Origin: a candidate division WOR-3 bacterium
GTDB lineage: Bacteria > Hydrothermota > UBA3072 > B12-G15
DNA length: 19,625 bases
Assembly: GCA_965649055.1 (NCBI GenBank)
Contig: CBFGJG010000039.1
Coordinates: forward strand, 1 to 19,625
Direction of reading: 5' to 3'
Shown: positions 9,506-18,054 of the stretch, one piece after another
Layout: each line of letters starts with the position of its first letter
Numbering within the stretch: the first letter of the stretch is position 1
The notes under the pieces: generated by a model
Databases searched by the model: none
The model's input: the letters and a program-made list of their open reading frames with translations, nothing else
Told to the model about the DNA's origin: nothing
Translations under genes and position numbers: made by a program

Positions 9506-9533
9506 AATATAAAGGAATAATGGAAAAATGCAA
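9506..9533 (-). promoter_or_regulatory. Putative sigma70 promoter for lptC operon (TTGCAT-N16-TATATT), likely leaderless
   Basis: The -35-like hexamer is at 9528-9533 and the -10-like hexamer at 9506-9511, 6 nt before the ATG; no SD sequence. Confidence 0.55.
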
Positions 9534-9555
9534 GTGAAAATTAATTAAGGAGAAG

Positions 9556-9780
9556 TCAGGTTTTTTCTTTATTTTCTTTATCTTTAACTTCTATATTTCT
9601 CTTTTTATAATCAGTTATATAAAAACCCGAACCTCTGAAGGATATTCCTATACTTTTTGAGAATATTTTAAGACCTTCTCCATTACATTTAGGGCAGATG
9701 GAAGTCAAATTATCATTAAAATTTTTTAAATCAGTAAAAATATTTCCACATTTAGAACATTTATATTCGTATATTGGCAT
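9556..9780 (-). CDS. FmdB-family zinc-ribbon protein
   Basis: MPIYEYKCSKCG...CPKCNG...FRGSGFYITDY signature. Confidence 0.9.
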   Translation of the reverse strand: MPIYEYKCSKCGNIFTDLKNFNDNLTSICPKCNGEGLKIFSKSIGISFRGSGFYITDYKKRNIEVKDKENKEKT

Positions 9781-9790
9781 AATAATAGAT

Positions 9791-9812
9791 AAGGGGGCTT
9801 AAAAGCCCCCTT
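9791..9812 (-). terminator. GC-rich hairpin after groEL (intrinsic terminator or mRNA-stabilising stem)
   Basis: AAGGGGGCTT-AA-AAGCCCCCTT perfect inverted repeat 10 nt after the groEL stop; imperfect U tail on both strands. Confidence 0.7.
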
Positions 9813-9822
9813 CTGTTAAACA

Positions 9823-11457
<1,635 letters not shown>

Positions 11458-11465
11458 CTACCTCC

Positions 11466-11753
11466 TTATTTTTCTTTTTCAATCTTTGCAAGGATATCAT
11501 CTTCGTTCAGTATCAAATATTCTTCACCCTCTATCGTTATCTCGCTCCCTGCATACTTACCAAAGATAATTTTATCACCTTTCTTAACCGGAAGAGGATC
11601 ATCCTTCTCTTTTACATCTGCAACCGCAATAACCTCACCCATCTGGGGTTTTTCCTTTGCGGTGTCAGGTATATAAATAGCACCAACCTTCTTTTCCTCC
11701 TCTTCCATTCTCTTAACAAGAACCCTTCTACCAACAGGTTTAACCTTCACCAT
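11466..11753 (-). CDS. groES: Co-chaperonin GroES
   Basis: KPVGRRVLVK, IYIPDTAKEKPQMGEVIAV, GKYAGSE, EDDILA; RBS AGGAGG. Confidence 0.98.
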   Translation of the reverse strand: MVKVKPVGRRVLVKRMEEEEKKVGAIYIPDTAKEKPQMGEVIAVADVKEKDDPLPVKKGDKIIFGKYAGSEITIEGEEYLILNEDDILAKIEKEK

Positions 11754-11776
11754 AGTTAACCTCCTTTTTTATAATA

Positions 11777-11804
11777 ATATTATCACAAATAACATATTTG
11801 TCAA
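11777..11804 (-). promoter_or_regulatory. Putative sigma70 promoter of groESL (TTGACA-N16-TAATAT) containing a 7-3-7 inverted repeat
   Basis: Perfect TTGACA at 11799-11804; -10 candidate at 11777-11782; palindrome ACAAATA-ACA-TATTTGT at 11785-11801. Confidence 0.65.
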
Positions 11805-11902
11805 GGGGTGAAGTAAAAATTTTTTATTTTTATAATTTTTTCAAAATCATTAAATTATAAAGATTTTTTAAAAATTTTTAAAAAAATTTTAAAAAAATGA
11901 AT

Positions 11903-12571
11903 TTAGTTTGGAAAGAATTGTTCTACGATACCCTTGAGTTCTTCAAATTCCTTATCTAAATAAAGTCTTTCCTTTGTATCGTTTTTTATGTTTTTGTATC
12001 CTCTTGCATTCTGTATTCTGAACCTTTTTGCCCCTTTAATGAGTTCTACTATTTTTAAGATATCCTCTTTATCAACATATTTTGGATGAACTGTTGTTCT
12101 AAACTCATAATCCTTAAAACCTTTCACTATCTCTATGGAGTTTAATATCTTATTTATATCCACCTCTATACCGGAAGCTTCCTTGTATTTTTCTATAGAA
12201 CTTTTTATATCCATCGCTATATAATCAACAAAGGGGAGTATTTTATTCAGCCTTTCGGGGAATGAGCCATTTGTATCTATTTTAACTTTCAATCCAATAT
12301 CCTTTATTTCTTTTGCGAGTGTTATGGTTTCGTCGTAAAGTAATGGTTCTCCACCTGATATCACGATTCCGTCTATGAATCCTTTTCTTTTTTTTATTTC
12401 TATCAATATATCTTTTTTATCAATATCGGGTAATTCTTTTAAGAGTTCGGGAAGAACAAGCTCAGGATTATGGCAGATTGGGCATCTAAAATTACAACCA
12501 CCGATGAATATTATTGAAGAGATAGTATCTGGAAAGTCCAGCAGGGTTAATCCGCTAAACCCCTTTATCAA
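11903..12571 (-). CDS. nrdG: Anaerobic ribonucleotide reductase activating protein (radical SAM)
   Basis: TLLDFPD, GCNFRCPICHNP (CxxxCxxC), ISGGEP, KIDTNGS, YEFRTTV; TTG start with AAAGG upstream; downstream of nrdD. Confidence 0.93.
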   Translation of the reverse strand: MIKGFSGLTLLDFPDTISSIIFIGGCNFRCPICHNPELVLPELLKELPDIDKKDILIEIKKRKGFIDGIVISGGEPLLYDETITLAKEIKDIGLKVKIDTNGSFPERLNKILPFVDYIAMDIKSSIEKYKEASGIEVDINKILNSIEIVKGFKDYEFRTTVHPKYVDKEDILKIVELIKGAKRFRIQNARGYKNIKNDTKERLYLDKEFEELKGIVEQFFPN

Positions 12572-12716
12572 CTTTTAAAACCTTTCTATCTTTAAATTCC
12601 TGTTTTTTCCCTATATTCCAGTTCTGAACAGGCCTAAAATAACCAACAACCCTTGAATATATTTCAGGCTTTACAACAAATACCTTTATTTTTTTATCTT
12701 CTTTAAGTTTTTCCAT
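12555..12716 (-). CDS. Stand-alone glycyl-radical subunit of class III RNR (53 aa: MEKLKEDKKIKVFVVKPEIYSRVVGYFRPVQNWNIGKKQEFKDRKVLKVDKGV)
   Basis: Translated by hand; absent from the ORF track. Carries the NrdD C-terminal signature YSRVVGYFRPV-x2-WN-x-GK-x2-EF-x-DR. SD AGGAG lies 5 nt before the ATG. It overlaps nrdD by 14 nt and nrdG by 17 nt. Confidence 0.88.
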   Translation of the reverse strand: MEKLKEDKKIKVFVVKPEIYSRVVGYFRPVQNWNIGKKQEFKDRKVLKVDKGV

Positions 12717-14814
12717 CTTCACTCCTTTTTAAAATTACACTTATTGTTTCATCCTCTTTGATAAAAGAACCGGCTGGTATTTCATTCAATTGTTCCTCTG
12801 AAATCTCAATTTTCGTTCCATACTTTAAAATGTCTTCCTTTGTATGTTCGAAAGGACAGAATTCCTGTTTACCTTTTAAATATCCATGGACAGGGCATAT
12901 TGAGAAGGTAGGTGTGATACTGAAATAAGGTAATCTGAATCTTGTAACTATCTTCTTTACAAGTTCCCTCACCATCTTCCAGTCTTCTATCTCCTCACCA
13001 AGGAAAAGGTGAACCACGGTTCCACCTGTGAATAAAACCTGAAGGTCGTCCTGTAATTCAAGGAGTTCAAATATATCGTGTTCTTCATTAACAGGTAAAT
13101 GAACCGAATTTGTGTAATAAGGTGCATCAGCTGTTCCCTGTGTATAGATTGAAGTAAATTTTTCCCTGTCTTTCTTTGCAAACCTGTAAGAAACACCTTC
13201 TGCAGGTGTTGCTTCAAGATTATATAGATTTCCTGTTTCCCTCTGGAATTCAAGTATCTCTTCCCTCATCCATTTCAGTATTTTTATTGTCCAGTTTTTA
13301 CCTTCCTTTGTGGATATCGGAAGACCAAGAAAATTCATACACGCTTCATTCATACCTACAATACCTATTGTTGAAAAATGGTTTGACCAGTATTTCCCTG
13401 TTGTTTGTTTTACATTCTCAAGATAAATCTTTGAATACGGATAGAGGTCTTTTTCAGTCAGGTCTTCAACTATCTTCCTTTTTATCTCAAGTGATACCTT
13501 AGCAAGTATCATTAAATGTTTAAGCCTTTCAAAAAACTCGGTTTCTGTATGTGATATGTAAGCAATCCTTGGAATATTAATTGTTACAACACCTACAGAA
13601 CCGGTTTGGACACCTGCACCGAAAAGACTTCCGCTCCTTCTCCTTAATTCTTTCTTGTTAATCGAAAGCCTGCAGCACATACTTGTAATATCCTCAGGCT
13701 TCATATCCGAATTCACATAATTCCCAAAATATGGTATACCATATTTTCCTGTCATCTTCCATATATTCTTGAAAACAGGGTTATCCCATTCAAAATCCTT
13801 CGTGATATTTATAGTCGGGATTGGGAAGGTGAATATTCTTCCAACACCATCACCTTCAAGATAAAGCTCTGCAAGAACATCATTGAAAAGATCCATCTCT
13901 TTCTGGAAATCACCATATTTTTCAGGCATTTCCATTCCACCTATTATAACATTCTTATCCTTCATATATTCAGGAACCTTTAAGTCAAGGGTTATATTCG
14001 TGAAAGGTGTCTGGAAACCAACCCTTGTAGGAACATTGCAGTTAAAAAGAAATTCCTGTAATGCCTGTTTTACCTGACCTCTATCAAGTTTATCATACCT
14101 GATAAATGGCGCAAGGAGTGTGTCAAAATTTGAGAAAGCTTGTGCGCCTGCTGTTTCACCCTGCAATGTATAGAAGAAATTTACAGCTTGTCCAAGTGCA
14201 GTCCTCAGCCTTTTGGGTGGCTTTGAAGTTATTTTCCCCGGAACACCTCCAAACCCTTTCCTTAAAACATCTTCAAGATTCCATCCCACGCAATATGGTG
14301 CAAGCAATCCAAGGTCGTGTATATGTAAATCTGCTTCATCATGTGCCCTTTTTATATCTTCAGGATAAATTCTATTTAACCAGTATCTCGCTGTTATGGA
14401 AGAAGAGATATAAAAATTCATTCCCTGTAATGAATAATTCATATTTGAATTTTCCTGAACCCTCCAATCCCACTTCGTCAAATAATTTTCAATAAGATTT
14501 TCCGCCTCTTCAAGTGTGCTCTTTAAATCCCTTGCCTCGCTTCTTTTCTGTCTATAAATAATATAAGCCTTTGCAACATCAACATAACCTTTTTCCATCA
14601 ATGTTCTTTCAACGATATCCTGGATTTCCTCAACAGATGGAATACTACCTTTCTTAAAAAAACTTCTATGTAATATAATCTCTATCTCTTTTGATATATC
14701 TTCAACAGGTATTATGGCTTCACAGGCTGTTGCTGCCTTCTCAATTGCCTTTTCAATCCTGATTCTGTCATACTCAACTATACTACCATCCCTTTTCCTG
14801 ACATACCTTTCCAT
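12703..14814 (-). CDS. nrdD: Class III (anaerobic) ribonucleoside-triphosphate reductase catalytic subunit, with ATP cone, lacking the glycyl-radical loop
   Basis: ATP cone (VRKRDG...VEEIQDIVERTLM), HIHDL, PYCVGW, GAQAFSNFDT, SMCCRL, YNLEATPAEG, YYTNS, FTGGTVVH, TPTFSICPVHGY; no RVxGY in this ORF; RBS AGGAG. Confidence 0.95.
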   Translation of the reverse strand: MERYVRKRDGSIVEYDRIRIEKAIEKAATACEAIIPVEDISKEIEIILHRSFFKKGSIPSVEEIQDIVERTLMEKGYVDVAKAYIIYRQKRSEARDLKSTLEEAENLIENYLTKWDWRVQENSNMNYSLQGMNFYISSSITARYWLNRIYPEDIKRAHDEADLHIHDLGLLAPYCVGWNLEDVLRKGFGGVPGKITSKPPKRLRTALGQAVNFFYTLQGETAGAQAFSNFDTLLAPFIRYDKLDRGQVKQALQEFLFNCNVPTRVGFQTPFTNITLDLKVPEYMKDKNVIIGGMEMPEKYGDFQKEMDLFNDVLAELYLEGDGVGRIFTFPIPTINITKDFEWDNPVFKNIWKMTGKYGIPYFGNYVNSDMKPEDITSMCCRLSINKKELRRRSGSLFGAGVQTGSVGVVTINIPRIAYISHTETEFFERLKHLMILAKVSLEIKRKIVEDLTEKDLYPYSKIYLENVKQTTGKYWSNHFSTIGIVGMNEACMNFLGLPISTKEGKNWTIKILKWMREEILEFQRETGNLYNLEATPAEGVSYRFAKKDREKFTSIYTQGTADAPYYTNSVHLPVNEEHDIFELLELQDDLQVLFTGGTVVHLFLGEEIEDWKMVRELVKKIVTRFRLPYFSITPTFSICPVHGYLKGKQEFCPFEHTKEDILKYGTKIEISEEQLNEIPAGSFIKEDETISVILKRSEDGKT

Positions 14815-14831
14815 AAAAACTCCTTTTTTCC

Positions 14832-14860
14832 CGTATACAACAAATTTTTATTTTTGTCAA
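14832..14860 (-). promoter_or_regulatory. Putative sigma70 promoter for nrdD (TTGACA-N17-TATACG)
   Basis: Perfect TTGACA at 14855-14860; imperfect -10 hexamer at 14832-14837. Confidence 0.5.
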
Positions 14861-14867
14861 GTAAAAA

Positions 14868-14913
14868 ATACTATATATTGTATTTTTTTAAAAAAAGATA
14901 CTATATATTGTAT
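14868..14913. promoter_or_regulatory. Tandem NrdR boxes
   Basis: Two identical near-palindromic 16-mers ATACTATATATTGTAT (14868-14883, 14898-14913), 30 bp apart, matching the NrdR consensus acaCwAtATaTwGtgt, directly upstream of nrdD. Confidence 0.88.
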
Positions 14914-15893
14914 TATTTATGAGACCAGAGACCCATATTTTCCCTAACAATCTGCATTGTTTTTCTTGTCTCTTCTATTGCTTTTTCTTTCCCTTTATTA
15001 AGAATTTTTTCTATATCCCATTTTTCTACTTCTTTTCTTTTCTTCCTTATTGGTTCAAGAAAATCGTTGAGTATTGAAGAAATTTCTTTTTTACACTGGA
15101 CGCAACCTATTTTTCCTTCAATGCATGCTTTTTCTCTTTCAGTGAACATTTCTTTATTTAATATCTTAAGATATGCAAATGGAACGCATCCTTCCGGGTG
15201 TCCCGGATCATTCTTCTTTATTTTCAACGGGTCCGTGAATGCTTCAAAGATCTTTTTATCAACATCTTCCCTTGAATCTGAAATAAGTATTGTATTACCA
15301 AGGGATTTAGACATCCTTCTTCCATCAAGCCCCGGAACCCTTTTTGCTTCTGTAAGTATTCCTTCTGGTTCAGGGAATACTTCACCATAAAGATAATTAA
15401 ATCTTCTTGCTATCTCCCTTGCAAGTTCTATATGTGGAAGCTGGTCTTCGCCAACAGGAACCTTGTTTGCCCTGTATATTAAGATATCAGCGGCTTGAAG
15501 GACAGGGTATCCAAGAAGTCCGAAGGACAGGTTTTCTCCTATTGACAAATCCCTAATCATATCCTTCAAAGTTGGGTTTCTCTGTAATCTCTGGACTGTA
15601 ACAAGCATTGAAAATAAAAGATAAAGTTCGGCATGTTCCTTCACATCAGACTGGACAAAAACAGTTGATTTTTCAGGGTCTATTCCACAGGCAAACCAGT
15701 CAATAACAGTTTCCTTAATCAATCCTTTAAGGTTTTTACTGTTTTCTGGCTTTGTCGTTAGCGTATGCCAGTCTGCTACTTCAAAAAAGCAGATGTTGTT
15801 ATTTTGTAATCTAACCCAATTTTCAATAGCACCAAAGAAATTACCTATATGAACCCTGCCTGTTGGTCTTAATCCGCTCAATATTTTATCCAT
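14913..15893 (-). CDS. trpS: Tryptophan--tRNA ligase
   Basis: SGLRPTGRVHIGN (HIGH motif), GYPVLQAADIL, VPVGEDQLPHIELAREIARRFN, RMSKSLGN (KMSKS variant); RBS GGAGG. Confidence 0.97.
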   Translation of the reverse strand: MDKILSGLRPTGRVHIGNFFGAIENWVRLQNNNICFFEVADWHTLTTKPENSKNLKGLIKETVIDWFACGIDPEKSTVFVQSDVKEHAELYLLFSMLVTVQRLQRNPTLKDMIRDLSIGENLSFGLLGYPVLQAADILIYRANKVPVGEDQLPHIELAREIARRFNYLYGEVFPEPEGILTEAKRVPGLDGRRMSKSLGNTILISDSREDVDKKIFEAFTDPLKIKKNDPGHPEGCVPFAYLKILNKEMFTEREKACIEGKIGCVQCKKEISSILNDFLEPIRKKRKEVEKWDIEKILNKGKEKAIEETRKTMQIVRENMGLWSHK

Positions 15894-15907
15894 ATTTTAC
15901 CTCCGGA

Positions 15908-17980
15908 TCATACAAAGAAATCTTTCACATTAAGACTGAATTCATCTATTAATTTATTCAGATTTTCAATCTCACCCAATACCCGCTTTATAAATGTTTC
16001 AAATTCACTTATTGTATTCAGATTACTTTTTATCTGAATAATAAGTGATGTTATCTTTTCCCCACTTTCTTTATTAAGGGAAACTGATTTTGTTATCTCA
16101 TGTTCTATCATATCTGTATTTCTTTTAAGACTCTCTATCATCTTTATATTTTTTTCCATTGAATTTTTAATCTCATTAAGATTATTTGAAACAAATGAAA
16201 GGTAATTCTCAAGTGATTCAGTGAATTTTTGATAAAGGCTCATCTTATCTTTTTTTGCCTCTACACTATCCACTATAAAAGAAAATCTTTTTGAATAATT
16301 ATCAAGTATATCTTTGGCTTTTTCAATCAGTTCAATTGTGTTTGCTGAAAGAGTTCCAATTTCCTGTGCTATCACAGAAAATCCCCTGCCAACATCTCCA
16401 ACCCTTGCTGCTTCAATGCTTGCATTTATTGCAAGAAGGCTCGTATCATCTGAAAATTCAACTATGGAATCAATGATGTTTTTAAAATCATATATGCTGT
16501 CCTGAATTTCCCTTATAGAATTGCTTATTACTTTAAGAAATTCGGTCATATCGGTTATGAGATTTTCATGTTCTTTTATATCTTTGGATTTATTCTCTAC
16601 CTCTCTATTAATCTCGTTTATATTATTTAATAATTTCCTTATTTCTTCTATTAATCTTTCGTTTGTCCCTTTTATAGATACAATGCTGTTTTCAAAAATC
16701 CCAAAAGAATCTACCATTTTACCTGTTTCAGTGTGAACTATTGTGGCACTTTTCACATTTTCATTAATCTTTGTAATGAATTCATTAATTGTTCTATCTG
16801 TTTCTTCGGTTCCCTTCTTTATATTTTTTGAAAGGCGTAGAAGTGGTAGAAGTTTCATATGTGTATTTATTATCCTTGACAATTCCGGAACAAACATACT
16901 TCCAAGTATTATATCGTTTTCATCAAATCCATTAGGTTCCTTGTGCTCAAAGTCAAGGACACCCAAAGGTTCATTGTTATAAAATAATGGTATACACAAT
17001 TCACATCTTGAGACTGAATCCACAGCAACAAAATCTTTGTCTTTTTTCACATCCCTTACAAGAACAGGCTCCTTTGATGTTATTGCCCTCCAAGATACAC
17101 CTTTTCCCAGTGGGGTATAGAAGTCGTAATCAAATCCTCTTATTGTGTTATAAAGGACATGCATCTTTTCATCCTTTATTATTCCAAAATTTATGATTGT
17201 CCAGTCTATATATTTTTTTGATTCTTCAATAACGAAATTAATACCATCTTTAAGTGAGAGTTTTGACATCCTGTTTGAGATATCTATTGCCACTTTGTAA
17301 ATTAGTCCTTCAACTGATAATTTTAATATATAATTCAGAATAATAATTAATATCGTTGTAAGGATAAGAAAAATATAAAAAGAAGAGAATTTTATCAGGT
17401 AGAAGAAAAAATAAGTGTAAATTGCACCAAAGAAAAACAGAAAGATATTGTAAAATACAAAATGGAATATATGAAAAATATTAATTTTTCTGTTAATTGT
17501 ATTAGGAATTATTGATGAAACAAGAAAGAATACAAAAAAAGATATTGTTGATATAGCAAGATTATTTTTTGTAAAAGCATCCTTAAAAAAGAAGAAAGAA
17601 GAAAGAAGAAATGGAACAGAATGTATCAAACCATTAAGTATAGACCTTTCTTTATCTTTTGTGATTATAAGACGCCCGATAAAACCTGCAAAAAATATAA
17701 TAATACCCGAGATTACAGGGTTTAAAATAAATAATAATGGAAGTGAGAAAAAAGGAACAAACGATACCGGTAATCTAAACAAGCTTATTGATGAGAATGA
17801 AGCAATTGTTACGAATAAGTATGGCAATAAAAGTTCTGTAAATAAGATTATTTTATTATACTCAATAATATTTAGAATTTTTAAAAGATAAGGTGAGAAA
17901 AAATCCTGATAAATTACAAAATTTAAAGAACACAGGATAATAAATATTATTCCGTAAGCTATATTCAATTTTTTTATCAT
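15908..17980 (-). CDS. Multi-pass membrane sensor with GAF domain and methyl-accepting chemotaxis (MCP)-like signalling domain
   Basis: About 220 hydrophobic N-terminal residues; GAF signature GKGVSWRAITSKEPVLVRDV...ELCIPL...LGVLDF...FDEND; coiled coil with MCP tip TSLLAINASIEAARVGDVGRGFSVIAQEI. Confidence 0.82.
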   Translation of the reverse strand: MIKKLNIAYGIIFIILCSLNFVIYQDFFSPYLLKILNIIEYNKIILFTELLLPYLFVTIASFSSISLFRLPVSFVPFFSLPLLFILNPVISGIIIFFAGFIGRLIITKDKERSILNGLIHSVPFLLSSFFFFKDAFTKNNLAISTISFFVFFLVSSIIPNTINRKINIFHIFHFVFYNIFLFFFGAIYTYFFFYLIKFSSFYIFLILTTILIIILNYILKLSVEGLIYKVAIDISNRMSKLSLKDGINFVIEESKKYIDWTIINFGIIKDEKMHVLYNTIRGFDYDFYTPLGKGVSWRAITSKEPVLVRDVKKDKDFVAVDSVSRCELCIPLFYNNEPLGVLDFEHKEPNGFDENDIILGSMFVPELSRIINTHMKLLPLLRLSKNIKKGTEETDRTINEFITKINENVKSATIVHTETGKMVDSFGIFENSIVSIKGTNERLIEEIRKLLNNINEINREVENKSKDIKEHENLITDMTEFLKVISNSIREIQDSIYDFKNIIDSIVEFSDDTSLLAINASIEAARVGDVGRGFSVIAQEIGTLSANTIELIEKAKDILDNYSKRFSFIVDSVEAKKDKMSLYQKFTESLENYLSFVSNNLNEIKNSMEKNIKMIESLKRNTDMIEHEITKSVSLNKESGEKITSLIIQIKSNLNTISEFETFIKRVLGEIENLNKLIDEFSLNVKDFFV

Positions 17981-17986
17981 TTTTCT

Positions 17987-18014
17987 ATTATAAAATCCGG
18001 GAAATTTTTGTCAA
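17987..18014 (-). promoter_or_regulatory. Consensus sigma70 promoter (TTGACA-N16-TATAAT), likely leaderless transcript
   Basis: TTGACA at 18009-18014 and TATAAT at 17987-17992; only 6 nt (AGAAAA) before the ATG at 17980. Confidence 0.8.
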
Positions 18015-18054
18015 ATAATTTTAAGTATATAATAAATGTAAAAAAATTCTTATC

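Noticed and set aside
11811..11902. AT-rich stretch as a replication origin unwinding element
   Set aside because: No DnaA-box cluster (TTATCCACA) or origin-associated genes nearby, and the region is short.
12700..12730. Programmed +1 frameshift joining nrdD to the small ORF
   Set aside because: There is no prfB-like CTT-TGA site in the nrdD frame, and the SD spacing suits initiation at ATG 12716 better. Kept only as an alternative.
12555..14814. nrdD as a frameshifted pseudogene
   Set aside because: The catalytic motifs, NrdR boxes and nrdG are intact. The downstream piece has its own SD and ATG with an in-frame stop just upstream, and a fusion would need an unusually long linker. It is not fully excluded without reads.
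12703..14814. Intein or group I/II intron in nrdD
   Set aside because: The length and motif spacing leave no room for an insertion, and no splicing or homing endonuclease motifs are seen.
14868..14914. 17-bp direct repeat as a CRISPR remnant or target-site duplication
   Set aside because: Only two copies with a 13-nt gap, no cas or transposase genes, and a match to the NrdR box consensus at the expected place.
15290..15330. TrpRS RMSKS instead of KMSKS
   Set aside because: A conservative change at the first position; the catalytically important second Lys is retained.
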